From: Phoronis australis | Lineage: Eukaryota > Animalia > Phoronida | NCBI GenBank assembly: GCA_002633005.1 | Contig: NMRA01000226.1 | Coordinates: 285,461-349,460, forward strand | Length of the DNA: 64,000 bases | Direction: 5' to 3' | Shown: positions 38,986 to 52,000 of the stretch, piece by piece | Layout of the letters: each line of letters opens with the position of its first letter | Numbering within the stretch: the stretch's first letter is position 1 | Position numbers and translations under genes: made by a program | Notes under the pieces: model-generated | What the model was told of the DNA's origin: nothing | What the model saw: the letters and a program-made list of their open reading frames with translations, nothing else | The model's database searches: none

Positions 38986-39286
38986 TAGATGGCCCCGCGT
39001 TCGTTTGAATGCGCTAAATTTCCCCTTACTCCCAGGTCTCCTAATGTTGTTTATTCATTTTTCACGAAGTTCTTGGTTTGCAGGGAACACATACAAACTC
39101 AGATTTTTATCTCTCTTGTTGTTTTTGAAGCAGCCAGGAACACTACAAGTGTATCCGCTGTAAGTTTTCTTCGCGCTCATACCGCGTATTATGCTTGTTA
39201 CTATGGCCGCTTTCGGAATCCTGACCACAGCACCCACAATGCACCATTTTAACCTAATTTCAATATGGCGTCGCTGCAAATCCGCT
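38986..39286 (-). mobile_element. THAP-domain transposon 5' end (ISL2EU/P/Kolobok type), disabled
   Basis: From ATG 39180: MSAKKTYSGYTCSVPGCFKNNKRDKNLSLYVFPANQELREK*INNIRRPG..F..GH, a THAP C2CH finger whose conserved Trp has become TGA; it runs into the gap. Possible AT|AG terminus near 39286. Confidence 0.7.
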
Positions 39287-40103
39287 ATTAGAACATAACT
39301 CTCAGTTATGCAACCGAGCTCTGGTCCCGGGTTCTAATCTGTTTAATCGAAATCGAACTCTAAGTATTTTCCTTCTATTTTCAGCGAACACAAGATTTGT
39401 GTCTATTTTTATGTGCTTGAGTACCTTATGGTTTTCGCGTACCATTCTCCAGCCCATGATGTTCGCGCTTGATAACCTCGAGATTAGAGCTACAAACACG
39501 TATATAATCTCGAGAGTAAGAGTAAAAATTCGAAATTTCGAGTTCAAACTCGAACTTTTAGTCTTAATGTTGGGGTCATCAAGTGCAAACTAGAAGACAA
39601 TTATCATTATGTACTCGAGCATGTAGAATAATAGATACTTAACTTGAGTTAGCACAGAGAAGTGGAATAGAAAATGATAGAAAATAATTCCGAGCTCACT
39701 TTCGAGTACAAAGATTGGACCCAGGGTTCTGATGTGTACATGTAAACATGCGGCTCGAAATGAGTAAAAGTAACGTTTTTGCGTGCCAGGTGTTACGCAT
39801 TAATTATTCACTTCGGCCACTAAGCAGAGGATTGCATCTCAAATCCCAATTTAATCCCCATAAAAGGCAGTTAATATTGTCACACGACAATCCAACTAGT
39901 CTTTTAGCCTACAGGCCTACCGTAAAACCTCGACATGTATGTAAGGCCATAGCTGCGCTCTCATATTCACACCCTCGCTGGTTCCTTGCGTGCCGCTGGG
40001 TGGGCGGTAGCCGCGCCAGCTCGCAGGTATCACTTAATTTTCCTCGGCAATTTTTTTTACACCGGCGTTTCTGATTGGCTAGTCGAATTCTCAACAGGCA
40101 ACG

Positions 40104-40420
40104 CTTTACGCAAACAAACTGACATGACTGATGGACTGAAGTGTAGATGTGGTCTGTTGTACCGGTACAAACAAATCGGTGCTTTTCAAAATTTATGTTC
40201 AGGAACTGTGAAGCCTAGAAATTGTGATTGCGCCTTTTCGGAATGCATCTTTCTACTATCGATGACTTTACGCAAACAAACTGGCATGACTGATGGACTG
40301 CAGTGTAAATGTGGTCTGTTGGGCAGACAAATCGGTGTTAAAAATTATGTTTAGGAAATGTGAATCCTAGAAATTGTGGTTGCGCCTTTTCGGAGTGCAT
40401 CTTTCTACTGTCGATGACTT
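40104..40420. repeat. Tandem duplication, 2 units of ~160 bp, inside an inverted-repeat element (~39970-40722)
   Basis: ctttacgcaaacaaactg.catgactgatggactg at 40104 and 40266; flanks ctcgctggttccttgcgtgcc / ggcacgtaggggacgagcgag. Confidence 0.75.
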
Positions 40421-41496
40421 TTGTTTACGTTACTGTCCTGTATTCACACAGTATGAATAACACACCGTTAAATCGGCCAGATATGTGTTTATTGTACATG
40501 TACGTGCTTCGAGCACGCGGCTATTAAACATCACTGCAGAAACGAAATAATGAGTTGCTGCGACGCCACTTGCATGACAAGGCTAAAAATCGTTCACAGT
40601 CCGCCATTTTTTCACGGTGTTGTAAAGCTAACCAATGACTGCTGAGGTTACATCAACCAGTGCTAAAGCGCGTGCGACTGCGTGATACCTGCGTGATGGC
40701 TAGGCACGTAGGGGACGAGCGAGATATTCACCCGGAAGTACATTTGCCGGAATATGGTGACGTCTTATCATTACGAATATTACGTCATGGGTTACATAGC
40801 TTGCGTCGTTTGTATTCTGAAGTGCGACAAAACCATTAATTCGAAATTCACAACACCTGCATCCCTAATACTTATTTCGTTATTGTTGTTTTCTATTATT
40901 TATTCGATATTTTCAGGAAATACTTTAAGCCAACCAATGATTTTATTACATGTACCTTTACTGCAGTTAACATATTGGTCATGACTGATAGTGACATATA
41001 ACACAAGAAAATTATGACCGACCTTGTGTCCGAAGCAACCGTAAAACTCTTACAGTTTTAAATGATCCGTACCCAAAAAGAATTATTTCGTCTATAAGGC
41101 TTTAACAGTACATGTACGTTTTGCGGTACTAGATTCAGTAGTGACAAGAAATGCCGTGGTGTGCCGCTTGATGCACTCCCATGCCTTTTTGTGGGGTCGC
41201 CACGAGGATGTGCAACGTCCTCGAATGATTATTTATTTCACGTAGGACAAAAGTAGTAAAATAATTGTTAAGTTAATCCTTTGACAAATATTTCATGTCT
41301 AAGCACTCACGGTCATTCATTTAGTTGCGAAGGGGATAATGCTAGAGATTCATTTTACATGCCGTCATTTGATCTTACCCCACTGCATTATTGGGAGGCA
41401 TTTAATCAACTTTAGCGCCGGGCCTACAACATGGCAGCCTGCCGTTGGTTAACGTACTAAATAATCTAAACCTCGTTGACTTCAGGGCATTGGTTC

Positions 41497-41810
41497 CAGG
41501 GGCGGATCCAGGATTTTGAGTTGGGGGGGGGGTGGCCAGGGCACAGGAATAACCAGAATTTCGGCAGATTTGCGCGCCCAGCCTAAAAATGTAGGGATGC
41601 AGGGGTCTCGAATTTTTGGCTTTGCGGACCTTTTGACTGAAAAAAAACGGTAAACGGGTTTGTTCAGGGCCTATGCATTGTTTATTCACCCCCAAGCCTC
41701 CCCTGGTTGCGCGCATGTGCTACTCAGCACTTCACACCTGAACTGCCAAATGGTATCTGGTAGAATTTTAGGGGGGGATGGACCCTTGGCCCCCCTTAAA
41801 TCCGCCACTG
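41497..41810. mobile_element. MITE with 5-bp TSD, carrying a nested MITE
   Basis: Ends CAGGGGCGGAT / ATCCGCCACTG; TSD GGTTC on both sides. Confidence 0.85.
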
Positions 41811-43714
41811 GGTTCAGTGTATTTGAAAGTTTTATCTGTAATACCATGATCTATTATTAAGGCAAATCCATTCTGTTTCACCTTTAGTCTACTTCAATAG
41901 TTAATTTTTAACGATAGCGATTGTTAAAGAACAGCCATACTGAAAAACGCCCACAGCTCGATAAAAGCACCGTTGCGAAACATTCTCTTGCTCTTCTGAG
42001 CAGCAATAGATTGTTAGAACATGAACAGTTTCATACAAAATGTAGTCAAAACACTTATTCATTGGAAGGCTGCACAATAAAGTAACACGACATAATTTAT
42101 TGATTCATACCTGTTGTGTCACCCTCCTAGAAGACTAGCTGTTCTGCACACAGACCTAAACAGCCGATAGATAATTTGATACAACAAAACCCATATTGAT
42201 CAACAAAATTGTCTTCGATAAAGGTGGTGAAAAAATCATGTGGTTACCCGGTCCTAAGCTATTTCATCACTAACGATACTGTGGAAACCAAACCAATTGA
42301 GTGCTAGCTACATATAGAGACGACGAAAGACTTTTGCACAGAGCCCAATTTTTAAGTTTAACAGTGCTTGCTTAGTTTGACGGCAAGTCGCCGAACGCGA
42401 CTGCGAGAAATTCCCAGGTCGCAAAACTCACGTCGAAATCGTAGACCAAAATAAAACCGTCGTGTCCAATTCCGTTGTCAAAAAATAACGCATACTTCTC
42501 CCATTTTCAGCAGTTTAGATATGCACCAAGAAGTCTCTAACTCATTCCTCATGCCAACGAAGAACGCAGACCGTCGTGCGTGTTTCATAGTCCGATTTTT
42601 GCAAAACAATTCCGACTTCCGCCTGTTTACTTCCTCAGGTGCAGTGAATTAGTTGCGTATTTTGATGTGTGCTGACTGCTGAGGGTGGCAAATGCACTGA
42701 TTTCACGAAATAAAGGGAACAATTGTGAAGCAAATGCATTGAATCCAAGAAAACCATTATTAAATTAAAGTTAGAAGTGACCACAAATTTAGAAACCAAT
42801 TTCGGTGCAATAGTTGTCTGACGTTCATGTTTTCGTTGAGCCAACTTCGTGGCGAGTTGGGGTTTCCCAGGCCGCCAAACACAATCTAAAGTCGCATTGG
42901 CGCAGGTCGCCAAACCGAGCACTGGTTAATTAACAGTAGGACCATTGGATCCAAAGTACAATGTATCCACACAAATAATGGAGAACAAGTTACTATGAAA
43001 GATAACAGTTTACAAATACAGGTATAATGCAGTGAATTATCGTGCTCAGTCAATTTGAAGATCAGAACAGACATCTAGTGCAGACCTCTGTAGCTTGGAG
43101 AGTTTGAGACGTTTAATCGAACCATAACGAAAAGTGTTGAAGCAAAAGTTCAAAAACATGCTCGGAAATTACTAGCAGTATGTTTGACTGTAGGAGAGAC
43201 ATACTAAAACTGACTAGATAATTTCGATCACAACGAAAACGTTGACATCGGTGACGATGCAGGGAGGGGGAAGGTCATCTGGAGGTACACGAATTCCATT
43301 ACAGCGTCCTGTCGTTCATTAACTTTTCCAGACGTGAGGGGTGCTGAACGTGCGATAATATCTGGCTTAACTTAACTTTCATTTTTATCAGCCCACCCCA
43401 GTCAGGCTAGATACGATCTGATCGGGGATTAGAGCAATTATCAAACAAAAGAGCGCGGGCCCTCCAACCATCAAAGCCAGATCGGAGTTAATTGGCAACG
43501 GGGGGTAAACTTCCCAACTTGTTGTTGGGCTATACAATCGAACAAGTTGGGAGCAACGGGATGTCGCCGTCATGCCAACATCCAATCCCATTTCCTGATT
43601 TTGTAGGCTACAAGTTTGCTTATGTGACTGATGTCTTGTCCCCTCATTCAGAAAACTAATAAAGCTCACAATGCTACTAATTGTTGGGTTTGTTTTTTTT
43701 ACCAAAAAGTTGCA

Positions 43715-43940
43715 TTCCTCGCGTAATTAGTCTTCGCACATCTCTTGATACGCTACCCCTGCAGACTGCTAAGTAAAGCATAGCATGCAGCAAACATTTT
43801 TAATAAATACCCGGAAATAATGCTGGAATTTTTCACTCCATGGGCACTCTGCGACCAAGCTCATAATTATCCTATTGTGCAACACATCTGTGTCTCCTCC
43901 GGACTGGTTTACGTTCTCGTGCGCTGTTTTGCAATGTGGT
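43715..43940 (-). pseudogene. Possible PIF/Harbinger transposase N-terminal relic
   Basis: Across frameshifts: RRRHRC...LVAE...EKFQHYFRV...KTNY, resembling the F..YFRM and T..R motifs of Harbinger transposases. Confidence 0.35.
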
Positions 43941-45569
43941 GCGGTTACTGTTACTGCAGGGCACGGAACCATTCACCTTACAAAGCCATATGCCAAGGAT
44001 AGAGCATTGCCATTTCGTGATTTGTAGGTGTCGCTGGGTCCAGTCCAGCTCTGCAGTGTTTATTACCACGTAGCAGAGTGAAATTCGGCTGCAAGTTGTT
44101 CACTGCACAGGAAGGATGGATTGAATTCTGCCTGGATTTCGTCTCGTGAGTCCCCTCTCGGCGATTTCCAATACTAATAGCTATGCCCCATGTATGAATT
44201 GGCTAATTTTGATCTCGCTTGATAAGATCAGAACAAATTGCCCACACAACAGGTTGCATTTCCCAATAAAGTAAGTCTCTACTTTTCTTGGTACTTGGTA
44301 GTCATTGGAAGATGAAACTTTTTTTTGAACTTTCACGCTTAAGGCTAAATAGCATAGGTAGAGGTAGGCCTAACCCATATAAAAGTGAAATTTAATACAA
44401 AGAGCTAGACTACATACAATTTTAAAGGTATTTTAGTTTTCACAGACGTCTATCTTATTCATGAATTCGTTTTCGTGTTTCGTTCTTTGTGTTGTCTTAA
44501 CATAATTTAACGTTAATTTCACGACTGCACCACAGCGGGATTTCCATTGAAAATAGGCACATATTTCCACTCCCCACATTTCTCTAAACAAAACATGGGG
44601 CAAAAACTATTCCGTGTGTAGCACTCAAGGCTTGTACTCAGGAGTCATTCTGCTGAAGCAGTCTTATAAATATTGGTTGACATCGGTCTTCCAAAATCCC
44701 AAATTGCATGATTTTCTCAGACATTACTTCTGAAGTCCCTTTTCATGAAACATCAAATCGTTCAAAGATTATTGATGTCTTTATAAAGTCTACAAACTCA
44801 CGTTCCAGTTGTCTTCAAAGTCAGTGAGAAGAGGCTTATTGAATGTGAACTTTCGGCACGTTTGTGGATAATGCAGCTTTGCACAGTTTCGGCGAATGAC
44901 CTGTACACAGAATGGTACAAATCTGCAATTTTATTGTTGCTTATCTATTTGCCCTCTGTTATAGAAACGAACTCGTTGTTACGATTGCCCTCAAACCACT
45001 TTGCTTGATGCGTAATTAGTGCCGGTACTTGTGATAACCGGCCAACACACCATTTGAATCAGTGACGTCATGGCTCAAAATGGATTCACATGTAGTTCTC
45101 TGATAAAGTGGATCGTAAAAAACATTGCCACTATAGTACCTAATCGAGTTTCTGCGTATATGTATTTCAGGGTTTTCTATTCTGAAATTCATTATACTTA
45201 AGTCTTGTCATTCAACATACGAAACACAAGCCACTGGGGACGCCTATAATGGATATAATTTCATTATTCAATTATTTCACTAGCTACTCGTTAATCAATC
45301 TAGATATTAAGTCATATAATGCAGACTTCATTTTCCAGTATCGATTGTGCGATAGTGAATTGCACGCAAAGAAATTGTGAACGTGGCTCCTCATCATTTC
45401 GTTGTGTGATAATAAACCATATAACGAGTAAACACTTGAAAAGGACAACAACTGACTTTATTTCATTCAAATAATTCTTACACTGAGGTGTATACGGGAC
45501 TTAAATGCACCGCCGCCTCCGCTATTGCCATCGTTTTGATTAGTGTTGTTGTTATTATTGTTCTCTTCA

Positions 45570-45576
45570 TTATTAA

Positions 45577-45637
<61 letters not shown>

Positions 45638-45638
45638 G
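45570..45638. repeat. (ATT)n microsatellite
   Basis: Direct reading; explains the poly-Ile ORF. Confidence 0.95.
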
Positions 45639-46011
45639 ATTACCGCTTTCTGCAGACAGGACCGTCTTTAGAGACACCCAATGACATTATACGAGGAAAA
45701 TTATCGGCAAATACGCCTAGGACGTACCTTTGAGGTATGATCCATGTTGAATCCTAACACCCCAGTTTCATATATAAAATGGACAACAAAACCGCAATTA
45801 CTATTTTTAACAAGGAACTCCTACTTGTGGGCACAATCGACGATGCTGTTTATTCACTTTCTTGATTTCAATTTTCGCGCCGGTTACGGTATTGATACTC
45901 ACGAACGTAAGTATATTCGTCAGTTACCGCCCGGGCTGTATCTGAATTTTGGATCCCTTAACTGACATTTTCCGATTTACGACCCCGGCGTGCTTGAAAG
46001 AAACATCAGCG

Positions 46012-46082
46012 TTATTATTATTATTATTGCTGCTGTTGTTGCTGCTGCTGCTCCTTCTGCTGCTGCTGCTGTTGTTGTTGCT
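46012..46082. repeat. Compound (TTA)/(CTG)/(TTG)n microsatellite; similar tracts at 53740-53787 and 54703-54723
   Basis: Direct reading; explains the poly-Leu ORF. Confidence 0.9.
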
Positions 46083-49000
46083 CGTGCTGGTGGCGTTAAT
46101 TGTAGTAATACTGATTTCATTATCATTATTATTACAATTATTCAGTACAAAAGAATTTAGTTGGCTACGACAACAAGGTATTAATGTCTCTTTGACAAGT
46201 TAATAAACAAATTCAAAATTCACATAAAATTTGTAGATATTGATTAGGTACAGGTAAAATTGTGGATACTATAGTGCATGCTATGTACATAAAATGTGGA
46301 TTCACACGGCAGCTGATTTTCCTTTCCATCGCAACATGCTGTTGTATTTATTCATGTGTTGCTGCGCCCAGTTTTGCAAAAGATCGTTTTAAAAATGAAA
46401 AGCTACCCGCATGCATTCAGCTGACCGGTCAAGACTGCTCGACTAGGAACAGTCCCACAGCGAAATCAAAATCACAACAGGCCTAGATTTCAGCGAATAA
46501 CATACAGCGGCTAAAATTGGCAATTTTTATTAAAAACGCGAAAAGCAACGGACTTTATTGTGTTATTGCTCTAGTCAAAGCTAATAAATTCAACAAATAT
46601 ATCCCATCAAGTAACCATTCCAAAAATCCATCGTTCGGCCGGAAACAGATTATGTCTCTCTTTAACAATTCTAGCGAGTCGAGGAGCAGCGCCCACTATT
46701 GTCTGCCCTTACTGGCTTCCTCAAGTTTGTACTCGGGTACTTTCTACAAATGGCGTGACTTGTCACTTTTTGTGATGATGAGGATGACGGTTTCGTTACG
46801 ATGTCATAACTGAGCAAAAGTGCAAGTAATAATCAATCTCATTACAAAATTGGTTGGCGAAGGCTTACAAAACCTATGCCAATTAAATAAATGTCATCTT
46901 GTTCTAGTAACGCCAACCTTTCGTTTCCGAAAAATCTCCCAGGGTTACATTGTTTAGAAATAATTTATTAGTAATCATCTGATTAATTGGCAATTATGGT
47001 CGCTGACGGAGTCACTTTGCTAAAAATTTAAAATTAGTTGTTAGAAATGATTATGAGACGCATAAGACGAACTTTCCAACTTACGTCTTTTAAGACTTAA
47101 AATCTATCTTCTTGAAACAGGTCGTTTTTCACAGCACTCACTGTTCTATAGTCCGCCCACTTGGTTGGATCCAGCAACAGACTTGATCTTGGCTGATGTT
47201 GCCTACTCACGCTCCGTTCAGATTTAACGTCCTGTCGGAATATTTAGCCGATTCCACACTGAGTTCTTTCTCTTACATACAGTAATAGATACGTTTGTAA
47301 TCCCAGTTTGCCAACTGAGTCTCCTACTTCCACACTGTTCGCTTCAGCACGGCATCGTTCGGTTATTCGAAGAAGCTAATCTCATTCAAGATTGAACAGA
47401 TCGACTAGATTTCAACTCATCTGCAGTATATTGCACACAGTGTACAAACGCACAGCTTGATATATCACCATCACCGTCACCACAATACACAGATTGTTTT
47501 CATTCTTATTTATCTGTGCCCGACAATCCTGTGCAAGGCGATGAAACCTGATCGTTAAACAGGGTGAGTGCAGTGAAGCACAGAAGTTGATGTTAGCTAT
47601 CGTGTCAATGAATTATTCACATAAACTGTATTCTTTAAATTAGTCGATATTTTATTCATGAACGCTGCAACGTGTTTTTGTGTGTGCTCAGGACAGATGT
47701 TTGTTGATTACACGGGCGCTCCATTCACACACGATCGTTCGCCTGGGATATAGCTGGATTGCACTGTTGAATAATTGATCATCACCCAGAGAAATTACTT
47801 CCGGATCTTCCAGATAAAATTGAAATGCAGTATTCTGTAATGTCGCTCGGTCCCTGAATCGATTTTTGTTCCTACCAACACGAAACACCGGCAAAAGTGT
47901 GTTTGGTATACTCAGAATTGTTTTAGGAGGCAGTCTATATAAAAACCAGTAGATTTTCAAAAATCAGTCTATACGTCAAAATTCAAAAGAACTTCATTGT
48001 TAGTATATGGACACGTATCCAAACAAAAATCTAAATGCCACAATTTGTGCACTTAATGAGCCCCAATTTCCCCGCTGGAGCACCTGACCGCAATTGGTCA
48101 TATCACCGTTTCCGAAGTTGTATGATTTCAGCAACGAAAATAAGTAACTTACAACATAGTTTGAACGCTGTACTTTGGTGGCTGGAATAACCAAATAATG
48201 TATACCGTAAATAATTATTTGGCATTTAATAAAATTTGACGGCTGCGTACTAGACAGGGGGGATAATCCACAGACCACTTTTCCTAGGGGATTTTAGTGG
48301 CCGTTTTTGTGATCCTCTTACTGCCTTGTAGCTTTGTGCAACTTTTTGAACTTACCGCTAAAGAGTTAATTTTGATGACTGGCTGAAAAATATCTTGCCT
48401 CAACTTTACATTTAGTGAAAATTGTCTTGCAAAACTGTCGATTTTGGAAATGATGAGCAGAGTTTACAGACAGATTGAACGAAACTTTGAACAAGAATCT
48501 GGTTTGAATTGTTATAAAAATCAAGTCTAAGGTCTTTCAAATGAAAACAAGTTGCTTTTGTATTACGTAATTAGTATCAAAACTGAACCCGATGACCTGT
48601 GAGTCAGTTGACATTAAGTTTGAGGATAATAAAAAATGTACATGCAACCCTTTTATTTTCTTCCCTAATCATTTATTTAACGATTTCATATCACTTTGAA
48701 GTTTGAATTTGTGAGAATTGTTATTTGTAAAACCTGGTTTTAAGGCTATCACGTTCTTAAAGACAAAATGGAGAACGGAGGCCATTTCTGTTTGTTTAGA
48801 AGGTTTTCATAAAACAAGGGATTGAGGCAACTGAGAACAGGCAAATAGGACAAAAAGCAGTTCGTGTAATGCTTCGTTGGCAAAAACTACAGGAGAGGCA
48901 AGATTTTTTATTTCAGATTATGAAGAGGTTAGGAATGACTAAACAAATTGGTATAAGGTCAATTTTTGAAAAGGTGTAATACGGCTGCTACAGAGTGCCA

Positions 49001-52000
49001 AATTTGGTCGAAAAAGGCTTCAGTGAAAACCTGTAAAACTACTTTTGCCACACAAAGTCAAAACATACAAATTTGAAAATGATTTTTGAAAGTTATGCCA
49101 TTAAATTATTCAATCGTAGTCCTTTAAATCGTATCACTCATTTGTTATCAGCTAGCTATACATGCTTGTAATATGCATTCAAAAATGTCTACTTCGGCGC
49201 CCAATTTTGTTGCAAAATGGAGGTATATGCCATACAAAGAGAAATAATGGGTGAAAATTCTTAAAAAAGACATTTTCTCTCTCCAAATCAAACTCATGTG
49301 CTAAGTCTAAAAAAAATCTGTGATTTTGGGTATAGACTCTATCAGCTGTTTTTTTCTTTCACTCTTAACAATTAAAATTACGCAAGAAACAATGCCGCCT
49401 GTGAATCGAGGTGCATGCACACGTTGGACGCACTGGAAAAAAGTGAAGACGTGCGTCGACCTACAAGTAGGGCCTACTGGAAATTCTAGCATCAACATGA
49501 TAACTATATTATAGACAGCGTCCAGCGGCTTTTGAAAACACCTTTTTGACACAAGAAATTTATGTATTCTTCATAAACAAATATTGTCTTTGGTTCTTAC
49601 ATACCACGGAAAGTAATTAATTGCGACGCAAATTACACCGCTCATAATTCGTAGCCCCTTCGAGCGCCCCAGAAAGTCAGCGTAACATGGTTCCTATGAC
49701 ATCGTGGTCACGAATTTAGGCTACTGGGGAGCCACACTGCGTAACAGCTGAGTGCCATTTCTTGGACGTTCTGCACTTGTCGATCTCTGAGCTAAAATGC
49801 CTCTCTGCGTGGTGTAGCAATGGGATACATTTGCACAACTTCCTCACCGATCACGTCGTGTGCCGTGCGTGGAATAGATTCGTATCCACGACAAGGACTG
49901 GCGACAAACTTTCCCGATCGGCAAGATTTGATTTAGGCGTGGTGCAAAGCTGTATACAAAATCTACAGCTTCGCGTCGATGTGGGTAAAAAGGACTACAT
50001 AAAATCTGACGCAGGAATAGTGTCATTAAAAGCTGCACCGCTCTGTGAGTAAACCAAATTATTTACCGGTGTTGGAAGAATTATGATCGTTCTACCACTC
50101 AGCTACTGCTAAAATTGAAGTGCGCTCTTGGGAGTCGGCGTTTAGCGATTACGTCACCTGACCTGGCCAGTTTCTTTTTCCCCGGTTTATTTTTCTATCA
50201 ACTGTCCTGCGCTGCCACGAGGTTGCGTACTGTCACAACCAATTATCAGAACTGGTCTCATTTCGTTACAAGTTATTAGCATTTTTAAGACCAGCAAACC
50301 GAATTTAGAACGAACTTTACTGCTGCGAAGCTGTTATCATGTCCCCAAAAGTAGTCGCAAAATTTTAGTACGGCGGGTGCGCGTGTCACGAGCGTACTGT
50401 TTTCACAACGACAACAGACTTTCTTTGTTACAAACCTCAAAAGACGGAGAGTAATGCTAGAAAATAACGTTTATTAGATTGTTCTTCCCTTAAACGACTG
50501 GCTCTGAACGGGCAAGGTGAGTGTCCAAATTGTCTTCCAGATTTTGCATGCACCCCGGCCGTTGGTCGTTGTCTCTGCGATATAAGTTTCTCGACGAGTT
50601 CACCAACACAACTCATACCCTGTCTGTATTAAATTTCGTGATAGACTACAGTCTATAGTCTATGGTTTAACAGAACTCAAGTCACAGTGCTACGTAGCTG
50701 TATTTTGGCGATAGTCATCAAACAGCTAGATGGTTGGCAACAAAAAATCTGCAGTGTGCACTTCGACGTTTCGTGTCACTGTTCCGGCCCAGAGTATAGG
50801 CAATCCGGCCCAAATCCGGAATATTCTGTCTGATTTGGGTCGTTCCCGTAGGCCTAACGGAAATCTGATAGGCCCTACTGAATTTAAAACGTTAAAATTC
50901 TTATGATTGGGTATGTTTCCATGCAATACAGACTTTATTTCGTAGTTTTAATTTATTACAGACACAAACAATGTTGTGTCGCTATTAAACTTTCATTTTT
51001 TGAGCTTGACCAAAATGGCGGCGATTACGGTTTGCAGAATTTCAAGGCGACTTATTTTGAAAATTGAGTTTCTTATAATATAAAGTTAACAATGAATTTG
51101 AATATAATTGCATTGTATGAAAAGATCAAGCTGATATGTGCTGTAACGTTTCCAAGTATTTTGTACCAAATTAAACGGCCTATTGTCGTCTATACCTTTA
51201 CGGGACACACACTCGACAGCCGTCCGTATTGGAATCGCGTAACGTTCACACCTTCGGCTTCAAAAACACATGAATGGAAAGTTCCTAACTTCAAAGTTTT
51301 TGTATCAAACAAATTACACTTTATAATAAACATTGTAAAATTGCTGATAACAATTTAGACAAAGTGTTTTGTTTTTCCGGCTGTTTCGACGGCCCCAGTC
51401 ACACTCCCGGGGATTCCCATATGGGCTCGTATTAGAATGTGTGCTAAATAATTAAATAAAAATTCTAAAGGTAGTGATTTTGATTAATTTTAATATTAAC
51501 TGGCATGAAATGAAAAATTAATGTATTTCCTTGATTTTCCACGTATTTTACACCAAATTAAATGGCCAGTCATCTCTGATTCCAATACTCTGGAGACACG
51601 GTGAAAGCTAAATTCGTTGTAACGATGATGTCATAGACTTCGATTAGTGCAAGCTCCGTCTCAAGCTTTTTTGGCGCTAAATGGGGTTCATGATGGGGCT
51701 ACTGTATTGTCGAAGGCCTACTTAATTAACGACTGGGATAAGCTATGACACAGTATTTTGATGTTTTACATCAATAAATGTATTTTAGATGTAAAAATAG
51801 TCATTTTGGCACCATACTAGGCCTTTAAGTGTAATTACCAACAAGATAATCTAATCAAAACTAAACATTGCAAATTAAAGCGATACTCTGCCTGTTTACG
51901 AAGATGACCCAGAAATCTGCAACTTTAAACAAAGATAAAAAAGTTATGTCTTCGCAAAATGCAAAACAAAAAGCAAAGTCCGTCATTGAAAAACAAAGAC

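Noticed and set aside
45488-46203. Poly-Ile and poly-Leu 'membrane protein' ORFs
   Set aside because: Translations of (ATT)n and (CTG/TTG)n microsatellites.
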